A stretch of DNA of 44,292 nucleotides from Candidatus Fraserbacteria bacterium (GTDB lineage: Bacteria > Bipolaricaulota > Bipolaricaulia > RBG-16-55-9): assembly GCA_037442925.1 (NCBI GenBank), contig JBBIPG010000015.1:1-44292 (forward strand), written 5' to 3'. The position numbers and the translations under genes are program-made. A model generated the notes under the pieces. It worked only from the letters and a program-made list of their open reading frames with translations, searched no databases and was not told where the DNA came from. Below, piece by piece: positions 1-10,780 of this stretch. The first letter of the stretch is position 1. Each line of letters opens with the position of its first letter.

Positions 1-56
1 TCCACGACGGCCAGTTGACAGTACCGCTTGTGATGATCGACTCCGACATACAGCAT
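1..56 (-). mobile_element. IS110-family (DEDD/RuvC) transposase, N-terminal fragment running off the window edge
   Basis: Manual translation from ATG at 56 gives MLYVGVDHHKRYCQLAVV(D/E), typical of the IS110 N-terminus (M-x-YVG(I/V)D-x-HK). GGAGGT RBS at 65-70 (minus). Only 18 full codons are visible. Confidence 0.8.
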
Positions 57-2197
57 GATCGTGCACCTCCGTCCGAGATTGTGGCTCCTCTTCTACTGCG
101 GTGCACAACCATTTTCATGCTACCTTTACTTGTTGAATGGAGCCAAAATCGAGTACTGTTGGAAAGATGCGCGTGCATCATGCTGGTCTTCCCTTCGCCT
201 AATTCTGCCTCGTCCATCGGATCGTCAACGTGACTTGCTCCCAGGTTGTGCCCAATCTCATGGGCCACTAACAGGAAGCGTTGGTAGAGAGTGGCTTGGA
301 AATTCTCATTCGGAGAATCAGGAGCATCGGGATCGTCTTCGGTCGGCTTTGGAGCCTGCTGAGAGAGTGAATGATGCCCTGGAGGTTCCACTTTGAAGCC
401 GTCCGGTGTGTAGGTTGACGTCGCCGTGTAGGGTGATGAGAAACTGGATTCGCAACCGGTTTCGCCTATGGATTCGTCAGTCTCTTCATTGAATCCTCCA
501 CTGCCTTCGGCCATTCCCACGATGCCAGAACCGAATCCTGCACAATTGTCTTCACAGTAGTGAGTTGCAATGTCCGCCACAGCCTCATGGGGAGGCAGAT
601 CCCCTAAGTCATGGCCTGAGAACAGGTGCACAACCACGGGTGCCGAACCCTCCATGTGTTCCACCCCTGGAGATGGGAAGTCTTGAGCGAAGTGGCAGAG
701 CAGAGTATAGGCGTTGATGTCCGGTTCTCCATCTCCACCAGGAGGAGGGTTGACATCAACTACGATGGTCGAGCCTGGCCCTAGTGGAGGGCTCCAAGTC
801 TCGAGTCCCCGCACCCTGAACTCCAACCCCGGCACCTCAGCACGATAGAAAGCATCCGCCAGGTTCAAGACTTCCTCTTGTCCCTCCCACCAAGCTTTCT
901 CCTCAATTACGCCAGTGTAGAGATCGTAGAAAGAAGAATCCCCTGCGGCAACTAGGGGAATGGTTTTGGGAGGATCGAGCTTCGCTGCCGATGATACAGG
1001 CGGTGCTGACACTACCTCAAGAGAAGATTTCAATGTGAGAGTCAGCCTTTGGCCGTTCATATCCGTCGATTCAGCGGTTCCCACCATTGCGCTTGAGATG
1101 GGAGTCGGCCCCGCCTTGGCTTTGTAGGCGATGGTAACCGTTTCGTTCGAGTTCAGGTTCGTCGCCTTGCACTCAAATTCATTGGGAGCGATGAATGCAA
1201 ACGCATCGCAGTTCTCTGAAATGATCGTCACGGTGAACCCTGTAGGCAACTTCTCCCTGACGATGAGGTTTTGTAATTTCTGAGCCGTGGTGACTTCAAC
1301 GACTACCCCACCACCCTGACGATCATGTGGGATCAGGCGGTTCGCGATCGCCTGGAGCGGCGCGACCCTCTTGTATACCCGTATGTGCGCGTTACCGCCT
1401 GACTCCGTATGACGAACGGGATCGAGATCGATCCGGAAGCTCAGTGGGCGCCCCACGATGGCATTCCCGGCTTTATAGACGATATGCGTATATCGCCACT
1501 TGTTAAAGCAGGCATCGACATCAGCATCCGTGTTGGTAACACCCGGATTCTTATACGCATCTGCCACTGCCATCTTGAGCAAGGGTCTCACAGGCTCAAT
1601 GAAGTACCAATCTGAATCGGGATCATCTTGATCTTCCAGCAGAAATCCGGAGATGAAGCCCGGCTGCCAGTCACCGTTGATCATTCGATCATGTTGGATA
1701 TAGAGGGCGGCTAAGCTATTCGGGTATCCGTCGATCCTGCCGCGGAAGGTCCGTTCCTCAAGAAGCGATAAGGGGGGACTTGGTAATTCTCCAGAGAGGA
1801 GTGGTCCTCCATTCAACCTCGCCTCAAACGAGGCTTCGCGCAGGAACGACCACTGGTTGAGGACAACCGTACGATACTCTGTCGTTACAGAACCCGTGAT
1901 GGGGTGAGTGGAGCGCCCGACGGGAAGCGATATTTCGCTCTCTCCTGCCCCACCAACGAAACCCAGCAACGCTTCCCCCAGCAATTCGGGAGGATTGAGT
2001 TCTGGCAGGGCAAAGATCTCGAAATCGAAGATTGGGATGGAGGGCAGCAGCCCTGCAACGAACTCTTTCTGACTCTTCCCGTCAGGGCAGACAATCGCTG
2101 GCTGCCCGTAAAGAGAAAGGGAAGAGTTGAGCATTCCTGAGAGTAATAGCGCTATTCCGATGCCACCTAGCAGCGTGAGTCGACCAAGCGTCCTCAT
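2..2197 (-). CDS. Secreted M12B/reprolysin-like zinc metalloprotease (metzincin), 3' end probably interrupted by IS110; absent from the ORF track because it has no stop in the window
   Basis: ATG at 2197 with an AAGGAGG RBS. Signal peptide MRTLGRLTLLGGIGIALLLSG. The frame is open for 732 codons to the edge. Zinc motif HEIGHNLGASH (HExxHxxGxxH) at 230-262, then Met-turn SMM at 176-184. Prodomain-like segments FRGRIDGYPNS and WYFIEP. Confidence 0.9.
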   Translation of the reverse strand, partial: MRTLGRLTLLGGIGIALLLSGMLNSSLSLYGQPAIVCPDGKSQKEFVAGLLPSIPIFDFEIFALPELNPPELLGEALLGFVGGAGESEISLPVGRSTHPITGSVTTEYRTVVLNQWSFLREASFEARLNGGPLLSGELPSPPLSLLEERTFRGRIDGYPNSLAALYIQHDRMINGDWQPGFISGFLLEDQDDPDSDWYFIEPVRPLLKMAVADAYKNPGVTNTDADVDACFNKWRYTHIVYKAGNAIVGRPLSFRIDLDPVRHTESGGNAHIRVYKRVAPLQAIANRLIPHDRQGGGVVVEVTTAQKLQNLIVREKLPTGFTVTIISENCDAFAFIAPNEFECKATNLNSNETVTIAYKAKAGPTPISSAMVGTAESTDMNGQRLTLTLKSSLEVVSAPPVSSAAKLDPPKTIPLVAAGDSSFYDLYTGVIEEKAWWEGQEEVLNLADAFYRAEVPGLEFRVRGLETWSPPLGPGSTIVVDVNPPPGGDGEPDINAYTLLCHFAQDFPSPGVEHMEGSAPVVVHLFSGHDLGDLPPHEAVADIATHYCEDNCAGFGSGIVGMAEGSGGFNEETDESIGETGCESSFSSPYTATSTYTPDGFKVEPPGHHSLSQQAPKPTEDDPDAPDSPNENFQATLYQRFLLVAHEIGHNLGASHVDDPMDEAELGEGKTSMMHAHLSNSTRFWLHSTSKGSMKMVVHRSRRGATISDGGARSCCMSESIITSGTVNWPSW

Positions 2198-2389
2198 GAT
2201 GTGAACCAGCCTCCTTGCTTACCGTCGCCACCGTATAAGAGCAGCGACAGCCAAGTCAAGTCGCACCTACTCTCTTCTGTTGCGCCAGAACCTCATCGTT
2301 AAATGCCTGCAGCATCAGAGCTTAACGCCCATTTCACGGTCGTCCTCTACACTGCCGCTATCTCAAGACACCCGGGAGGGGTGATTACA

Positions 2390-2953
2390 GTGACCTACAC
2401 AAGTATAGAGGATCGGTTGGCGGCCAGTCGGGATCGGGCCTTGTCAAGGACGTTCATGGGTCGGACAAGTACGGTGGCGGATCGCGCTCCGGTCTACGCA
2501 CCGGGCGAGCGCCGCTCGCAAGTGAGGACGTTTATCATCGCAATCCTTGCGATGGCCCTGGCAGGCTTGGTAATCGCTGTATCCGGCGTGGCAGATCAGA
2601 GTGCCCTTCGGGTGCAGATCTTCGCGCTGACCGCGGATGAGGCCAACTTCATGGAAGGCTTCGCCGTCGGGATTCGCATCCAGCCTGTCAACGATAGCGA
2701 CCCAGCGCAGATCGCTAAGCTGGCTGGGCCCATGAGGACGGCCTTACGAGCGCAGTTCGAGGGCTTCATGACCCTAAAACTGGTCTCCAAAGAGGGGGAT
2801 CAAACTCTGCTCTTCGTAGCTCAGTTCACGGAGCAGGTAGCCCTCGCACGGATTGCAGCGGTACTTACGCCGGTGTTCGAGGAGTTTGTGGGAACGCAAG
2901 TGAGCGTCTCGGTCGGCGGTGGAGCCAGGGGTGCGAAGCTGACTGAGGAGTAA
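2390..2953 (+). CDS. Hypothetical membrane-anchored or exported protein
   Basis: Track ORF 2303-2953. Likely start is GTG 2390 after GGAGGG. One hydrophobic segment (FIIAILAMALAGLVIAV). No family recognised. Confidence 0.65.
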   Translation: MTYTSIEDRLAASRDRALSRTFMGRTSTVADRAPVYAPGERRSQVRTFIIAILAMALAGLVIAVSGVADQSALRVQIFALTADEANFMEGFAVGIRIQPVNDSDPAQIAKLAGPMRTALRAQFEGFMTLKLVSKEGDQTLLFVAQFTEQVALARIAAVLTPVFEEFVGTQVSVSVGGGARGAKLTEE

Positions 2954-2970
2954 GGCGGACGGGAAAGTCG

Positions 2971-3002
2971 GTGGGGCGGCGGAGCCCCGTCGCCCCACTT
3001 CT
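2971..3002. terminator. GC-rich hairpin between convergent genes
   Basis: GTGGGGCGGCGG-AGCC-CCGTCGCCCCAC, a 12-bp stem with one G-U pair, followed by only a short T-containing tail. Confidence 0.55.
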
Positions 3003-3029
3003 GCTCAACTCTGAAAGGAGGGCAAGGTG

Positions 3030-3701
3030 TTACGGCATTACGGGGAGGAGCGTCCCGTCTTTGAGGCGCACGATCCGCTGGGCAAACGGCGCTGCCTCCG
3101 GATCGTGCGTCGCTAGCACAATCGTCGTGCCCTGTTCATTCAACCCTCGAAGCAACTGCAAGAGCGTCTTACCCGTTTCCGAATCCAGATTGCCCGTAGG
3201 CTCATCGGCCAAGATCATCAAGGGATCACTGACGAGCGCCCGCGCCAGGGCCACTCGCTGCTGCTCACCCCCCGAAAGCTCCATCGGCTTGTGAGACGCA
3301 CGCTTCGCCAGTCCCACTTGCTCCAGTCGCTTCCGTGCCCGCTCCCGTCGCTCTATGAGGGAAATACCCTTGAGTAACAACGGCAGTTCCACGTTCTCCA
3401 ACGCCGTCAACGTGGGAATCAAGCTGAACGATTGGAAGACAAACCCGACATGCTCCCCCCGCCAGTGAGCAAGTTCCGGCCCACTCAACGTCGTCAAATC
3501 CCGTTCGTGCCAGAGCACCCGCCCGCTCGAGGGCCAATCCAGTCCTCCCAGAATATGCAACAACGTCGATTTGCCCGAGCCGGATGGTCCCATGACAGCT
3601 AGGAATTCGCCTGAGTGTACGTCAAGACTGACGCTCTTGAGGGCTTGGATCGTGTTGTTCCCCAAGGCGTAGACTTTGGAGACTTGCTCGAGCTTGATCA
3701 C
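3030..3701 (-). CDS. ABC transporter ATP-binding protein, LolD/MacB-like
   Basis: Walker A GPSGSGKST, GFVFQ, signature LSGGEQQRVA, Walker B ILADEPTGNLD, H-loop ATHD. Confidence 0.93.
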   Translation of the reverse strand: MIKLEQVSKVYALGNNTIQALKSVSLDVHSGEFLAVMGPSGSGKSTLLHILGGLDWPSSGRVLWHERDLTTLSGPELAHWRGEHVGFVFQSFSLIPTLTALENVELPLLLKGISLIERRERARKRLEQVGLAKRASHKPMELSGGEQQRVALARALVSDPLMILADEPTGNLDSETGKTLLQLLRGLNEQGTTIVLATHDPEAAPFAQRIVRLKDGTLLPVMP

Positions 3702-3705
3702 ACGC

Positions 3706-5175
3706 TCAGTCTACGTCCACAAGGGCTTCCTGGGCAATCACGCCCAGCTCTTGTAAGTAGGCTTTGTCATTGAAGGGAACTTGAAAGTCTTTGAAGATTT
3801 GTGTGCGCTCGTGACCCTTGCCTGCAATGAGGATACAATCTCCAGATCCAGCCAGAGTCAGAGCGCGCTGAATCGCTCGTTGCCGGTTCACAATCGCTTC
3901 GTAGGGTGCTGGAAGGGTTTGCAGGCCGGCCGCGATTTCTCGCAGTATGATTTCGGGATCTTCCCCCTTGGGGTTGTCGCTCGTGATGATCGTATAGTCC
4001 GAGAGACGACCACTGATAGCGCCCATCACCGGCCGCTTCAGGCGATCGGAGTCGCCACCGCAACCAAAGACCGTGATCACGCGCCGGTAAAACGGCTTGA
4101 GTGTTCGTAAGGTTTTCTCAAGAGAATCGGGCGAATGGGCGAAATCGATGACAATCGCAAAGCCATCGCGAGTCAAGAACCGCTCCAAACGACCCTCAAT
4201 ATGTCGTACATCTTCCAGACGCTCTCGAATGAGCGAGAGGGGAAGCTCCTGCACAAGACCCACGGCCACCGCTGCCAGTGCATTCTGCACATAGAAACAA
4301 CCGGGAAAGTGAAGATGCAGCCGAAAAGATCCCTTGGGTGTGTGAACGAGTGACCACGACTCATGCGCTTGAAGTTCGATCTCTTCTGCCCAGATATCGG
4401 CTTCCGGCGTGAGGCCATATGTCAAGACAGAGGCTTTTGAAGCCGATATCACGCGATGGCTCACTGGATCGTCCCGATTGACGATAGCCACAGCGGAGGG
4501 CGAAAGTCGCGAGAACAACTGCAGTTTCACTTGAAGGTAGGAATCGATATCACAGAAATAATCCAGATGATCGTGGCTCAGGTTGGTGAAGATCGCCACA
4601 TCGAAATCCACGCCCCGAACCCGCTCCTGCGAGAGAGCATGAGCAGAAACTTCGAGGATCAAATGAGCTTTCCCCGAGTGCAAGGCTTCCCATGCCATTC
4701 TCTGGATCTCAGGGGCGGCTGGGGTAGTCTGGTCAGTCCCCCGCTGGAGTGCATTGGTGACCGTGCTGATGATCTCCGTCTGGTCCAGCCCTAACACCGT
4801 CGCGCTAAGATGTGTCACGGAGGTCTTGCCCTTGGTGCCCGTCACTCCCACCGTGAAGAGCTTTTCAGTAGGGTTATCGTAGAAAGCACAAGCCAAATCT
4901 GCCAGAGCTTTTCGACTGTCCTCGACCGTGATGTGCATCACATTCGCTGGGATCTCCAAGCCAGGACGTTCAGCGACGATGGCGGCAGCTCCTCTTTGCA
5001 GGGCATCGCGGATATGATCGTGCCCATCGTGCTTGCTTCCTCGAATGGCCACGAAGAGATTCTCAGACTGGATCTTTCGCGAGTCATGTTCGATGCTAGA
5101 AATCCAGAGATCTTGGGGATTCTGAACGCTCTTGCAGTCGATGTGCGCCACAAGATCTCGTAAGCGTCGGCTCAT
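3706..5175 (-). CDS. murE: UDP-MurNAc-Ala-Glu diamino-acid ligase
   Basis: HDSR, GVTGTKGKTS, TTP, LEVSAH, FTNLSHDHLD, GRLE, DFAHSPD, DNPK, AGKGHE. The real start is ATG 5175 (MSRRL), in an ATGA overlap with the ddl stop. The track's extension to 5727 is spurious. Confidence 0.93.
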   Translation of the reverse strand: MSRRLRDLVAHIDCKSVQNPQDLWISSIEHDSRKIQSENLFVAIRGSKHDGHDHIRDALQRGAAAIVAERPGLEIPANVMHITVEDSRKALADLACAFYDNPTEKLFTVGVTGTKGKTSVTHLSATVLGLDQTEIISTVTNALQRGTDQTTPAAPEIQRMAWEALHSGKAHLILEVSAHALSQERVRGVDFDVAIFTNLSHDHLDYFCDIDSYLQVKLQLFSRLSPSAVAIVNRDDPVSHRVISASKASVLTYGLTPEADIWAEEIELQAHESWSLVHTPKGSFRLHLHFPGCFYVQNALAAVAVGLVQELPLSLIRERLEDVRHIEGRLERFLTRDGFAIVIDFAHSPDSLEKTLRTLKPFYRRVITVFGCGGDSDRLKRPVMGAISGRLSDYTIITSDNPKGEDPEIILREIAAGLQTLPAPYEAIVNRQRAIQRALTLAGSGDCILIAGKGHERTQIFKDFQVPFNDKAYLQELGVIAQEALVDVD

Positions 5176-6266
5176 GAGAGGCGTGAATTGCGGTGCAGTT
5201 GGTGCCTTCGAAGAGCTGCCTTGATCAGGCGATCCAGCAGTTCCGAGAACTCCAGTCCGATGGCTTTTGCGGCTTGTGGATAGAGGCTCGTTTCGGTCAT
5301 GCCGGGGATCGTGTTCGTCTCCAGCACATAGATCTTTTCGTCCTGGACGATCATATCCGTGCGGGACATGCCGTAACAGTCGAGGATCTTGTGCGCCTGC
5401 ACGGCTGTGGCCTGAATCCGAGTAGTCACAGACGGAGGCAGGCGCGGGGGCGTGATCTCTTCTGTGGCATCGGGTGTGTATTTCGAAAAGTAATCGAAGA
5501 AGGCTTTGGATTTGGGAATGATCTGAGTGGGAGGCAGTGGCCAAGGCTCCGAGCGCGGGTCCTCGTGCAAAACAGCGCACGTCACTTCCGCACCCTGAAT
5601 GTGCTGCTGCACGAGAACGTGATCCGAATGTTGGAAGACTGCTTGTATCGCGGCACGAAGCGCCTCTTGGGTGTGCACGATGCTTACTCCGACGCTGGAA
5701 CCTCGATCGGTGGGTTTGACGACCCACGGAGCTCGAAAAGCTTGCACGAGAAAGTCAAGAATGCTGGGCTCATGGCGCTCCCACTCCCAGCGCATGAAAT
5801 GCGTATACGGCGGCACGAGAAGCCCATGCAGCCGGAAGAGTTCTGAAGATTTCACTTTATCCATGGCGAGACTCGAAGCCAGCACTCCGGAGCCGGTGTA
5901 GGGAATATCAAAAAACTCCAACAGTCCCTGAAGTCGGCCGTCTTCGCCAAACTCACCGTGCATGGCTATGAAAACCACATCGATCGGGGAGTCTTGAGCT
6001 TGCTTCAAGGCCGTGCTTACGGGAGGAATAGGGGGCATGTTCTGATCCGCGGAGGATGATGCTTGAGTATCTCGTCCGGTGGGAAGCGACGCCATCCCTT
6101 CCGGCGGAAGAAGTCCACGAACTTCCCGGCTGATGGTGACCGGCTTGATGTCGTATTTGTTGCGATCGAGGTGTTTTAGCAGGACCTCGCCGGTAGCGAT
6201 GGAGACTTCGTGTTCGCAAGACGGCCCACCCGTGAGTATAGCGACATTGAGCTTTCTCTCAGGCAT
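5172..6266 (-). CDS. ddl: D-alanine--D-alanine ligase
   Basis: GGPSCEHEVS, HGEFGEDG, YTGSG, MDK, KPxxxGSSVG, FDYFSKY, LETNTIPGMT. Confidence 0.96.
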   Translation of the reverse strand: MPERKLNVAILTGGPSCEHEVSIATGEVLLKHLDRNKYDIKPVTISREVRGLLPPEGMASLPTGRDTQASSSADQNMPPIPPVSTALKQAQDSPIDVVFIAMHGEFGEDGRLQGLLEFFDIPYTGSGVLASSLAMDKVKSSELFRLHGLLVPPYTHFMRWEWERHEPSILDFLVQAFRAPWVVKPTDRGSSVGVSIVHTQEALRAAIQAVFQHSDHVLVQQHIQGAEVTCAVLHEDPRSEPWPLPPTQIIPKSKAFFDYFSKYTPDATEEITPPRLPPSVTTRIQATAVQAHKILDCYGMSRTDMIVQDEKIYVLETNTIPGMTETSLYPQAAKAIGLEFSELLDRLIKAALRRHQLHRNSRLS

Positions 6267-6354
6267 AGCAGATCATCTGTACCGCATCTGCTACCGGAGA
6301 GGAAGGACGGGTGTCGACTCAGGGCTTCTCGCTGATCACCCTCGCAGATGACCC

Positions 6355-8436
<2,082 letters not shown>

Positions 8437-8458
8437 TTACGATTACGATGAGGGTACC

Positions 8459-9241
8459 ATGTTGCTGGCACTCAAAGTGGGCAATACCACGATCGCTGCC
8501 GGAGTTTTTCAGCAAGAGAAGCTCCAGGCCAACTGGCACATGACCACGCGTACCGACTGGACGCCGGATGAGATGGGCATGCACTTTCTAAGCTTCCTCG
8601 AGGCAGCCAAAATCCCAGCTACCCAGATCGAGGGGATCATCATCAGCTCTGTGGTTCCCCCTCTCAACTGGACACTTGCCGAAGCCTGCAGGAAGTATTT
8701 CCATAGGGAAGCTGCCTTTCTGGATCACCGCTGGGACGTGATCCCCCTGGATGTACGAGAGCCCGAGCGGGTGGGCACAGATCGTATCGCCAGCTGTCTA
8801 GCAGGGTACAAACTCTACGGTGGCCCTCTGCTCATCATCGATTTTGGCACGGCCACGACCTTCAATCTGGTCTCTTCCCAAGGGGCGTTTTTGGGTGGGG
8901 CCATCGCGCCCACGATGGAACTGGCGGCCGGAACGCTGGTGCAGCGGACAGCCCAACTCTTCCAAGTCGAACTCTTGCCTCCGCCCAGTGTCATTGGAAA
9001 AGACACGACAGAACATCTGCAAGCCGGAATTGTGCTAGGCTTTCTGGATCTCGTCCAGGGGCTGATCGAGCGGTTCCGTCGCGAATACAAAGAACCCTTC
9101 CGGGTCGTCGCCACCGGAGGCCGGGGGGAGTTCTTCAAAGCCCAGATTCCATCCATTGAGATTTACGACCCCTTCTTGGCGCTCAAAGGACTGCGAATCG
9201 CCTGGGAGATGCGAGAGCACCACAGCAACAAGGGCCTTTGA
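8459..9241 (+). CDS. coaX: Type III pantothenate kinase
   Basis: MLLALKVGNT, ISSVVP, VGTDR, IDFGTATT, GGAIAP, VATGG. Start is ATG 8459; the track's 8147 start overlaps gyrB. Confidence 0.92.
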   Translation: MLLALKVGNTTIAAGVFQQEKLQANWHMTTRTDWTPDEMGMHFLSFLEAAKIPATQIEGIIISSVVPPLNWTLAEACRKYFHREAAFLDHRWDVIPLDVREPERVGTDRIASCLAGYKLYGGPLLIIDFGTATTFNLVSSQGAFLGGAIAPTMELAAGTLVQRTAQLFQVELLPPPSVIGKDTTEHLQAGIVLGFLDLVQGLIERFRREYKEPFRVVATGGRGEFFKAQIPSIEIYDPFLALKGLRIAWEMREHHSNKGL

Positions 9242-9266
9242 CTTAGCTGGGCGTTTTTGGTAGAGT
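9238..9266 (+). promoter_or_regulatory. Putative sigma70 promoter for tatA
   Basis: TTGACT-17 nt-TAGAGT, with the -35 overlapping the coaX stop codon. Confidence 0.5.
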
Positions 9267-9292
9267 GGCCCAAGTAGACGGAGGGATCGAGA

Positions 9293-9589
9293 ATGCTCAA
9301 TCTAGAAGGAGCACAACTCAGCTATGCGATCTTCGGGCCTGTGGGACTCCCGGAGCTCCTGCTCATCCTTCTCCTTGCGCTCTTGCTCTTTGGGGGCAAG
9401 AAACTCCCGGAAGTGGCCCGTTCCATGGGCCAAGCCCTACGAGCCTTCAAGGATGAAGCCAACAAGTTGAAGCGCGATGTGGAACTGGAGGCAGAGAAAG
9501 AGAGCAAGGGACAAATCGAGGCTCCGCCCTCGGCAACTGCAGCACCCGGCATAGAGAAAGACAAACCGAAAGTAGAGCAGAAGATCTGA
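9293..9589 (+). CDS. tatA: Twin-arginine translocase subunit TatA
   Basis: GLPELLLILLLALLLFGGKKLPEVARSMGQALRAFK is the canonical TatA transmembrane helix, hinge and amphipathic helix. GGAGG RBS. Confidence 0.93.
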   Translation: MLNLEGAQLSYAIFGPVGLPELLLILLLALLLFGGKKLPEVARSMGQALRAFKDEANKLKRDVELEAEKESKGQIEAPPSATAAPGIEKDKPKVEQKI

Positions 9590-9614
9590 CCATTGGGATG
9601 GAGCGCGGCCAACC

Positions 9615-10745
9615 TTGAAACTGCTCGAATACCAAGGCAAGGAACTCTTTGCCCGAGTGGGTCTCCCTGTTCCCCCTGGCAAGGTGGCCGATACCCCAGA
9701 AGCCGCGCAACGAATCGCACGTGAACTGGGTTTTCCTGTAGTTGTGAAAGCCCAAGTTGCCGCAGGCGGACGAGGCAAAGCCGGGGGCATCCAGATTGCT
9801 CGAAATCCGGAAGAGACTCGACGACATGCGGCAAGTATTCTGACGATGAGCATTCAAGGAGAGCCCGTGCGCCAGCTGCTCATCGCTCAAGCCGTCGAAA
9901 TCGAGCGTGAGTATTATCTCAGCATCACGTTGGATCGCACCGCCCGACGCCCCGTGCTCATCTTCTCCCCACACGGAGGAGTGGACATCGAAGAGATGGC
10001 CCGATCTTCGCCTCAGAGCATTCACAAGTGTCACATCTCTCCGTTAGAAGGCCTACATACCTATCAGATACGAAGTCTCTTCTTCCAAGCCCAGGTCCCT
10101 CCAGCACAGATGGGAACACTCAGCGATATCGCCGAGAAGCTCTATCAAGCCTTCGTGCAGTATCGAGCGCATCTGGTGGAGATCAATCCGCTGGCCGTCA
10201 CCCCAGAGGGGGTGATCTGGGCCCTGGATGCAAAGTTCATTCTGGATGATGACGATCTACCCAGCGACGTCCCTCCAGGGTATGGAGAGCGACTCGATCC
10301 ATTGGAACAGGCCGCTCACGAAGCCGATTTGCAGTATGTAAAGCTGGATGGCAACATTGGTGTCATTGGGAACGGAGCGGGTCTCGTGATGGCCACGCTC
10401 GATCTGGTGAAGCTCAAGGGAGGTCGTCCAGCCAATTTCCTCGACATCGGAGGAGGAGCTACGGCCGCTCAGATGACCAAGTCTCTGGCACTGGTGTTGA
10501 GCGACCGGGACGTCCGTGGTGTCTTCATCAACATCTTCGGTGGGATCACGCGCTGCGATCTCATCGCCCAAGGGATCATCGAGGCCAAGAAAGCCCTCGA
10601 CATGCGTGTCCCTGTGGTCGTACGGCTGGTAGGGACCAACGAAGCGGAAGGACGGGCGCTCTTGCAGCAGACTCAGGGGTTCATCGCTGTATCGGACATG
10701 GAAGAGGGAGCGGCAGAGATTGCCCGGCTCGTCCGCTCATCATAA
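9615..10745 (+). CDS. sucC: Succinyl-CoA synthetase beta subunit
   Basis: MKLLEYQGKELF, KAQVxxGGRGKAGG, EINPL, NGAGLVMAT, PANFLDIGGGA, NIFGGITRCD, VRLVGTN. TTG start. Confidence 0.95.
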   Translation: MKLLEYQGKELFARVGLPVPPGKVADTPEAAQRIARELGFPVVVKAQVAAGGRGKAGGIQIARNPEETRRHAASILTMSIQGEPVRQLLIAQAVEIEREYYLSITLDRTARRPVLIFSPHGGVDIEEMARSSPQSIHKCHISPLEGLHTYQIRSLFFQAQVPPAQMGTLSDIAEKLYQAFVQYRAHLVEINPLAVTPEGVIWALDAKFILDDDDLPSDVPPGYGERLDPLEQAAHEADLQYVKLDGNIGVIGNGAGLVMATLDLVKLKGGRPANFLDIGGGATAAQMTKSLALVLSDRDVRGVFINIFGGITRCDLIAQGIIEAKKALDMRVPVVVRLVGTNEAEGRALLQQTQGFIAVSDMEEGAAEIARLVRSS

Positions 10746-10780
10746 TCAGAAACAAACAGAAACGAGGAGGTATCAAGAGT

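Noticed and set aside
15..2140. Short track ORFs in 1-2200 suggesting a non-coding or degraded region
   Set aside because: They are shadows of the continuous minus-strand metalloprotease ORF (2197 to 2), which the track omitted because it has no stop.
5176..5727. Apparent 184-aa N-terminal extension of MurE
   Set aside because: It is an alternative frame of ddl. MurE homology starts at MSRRL (5175), which forms a standard ATGA overlap.
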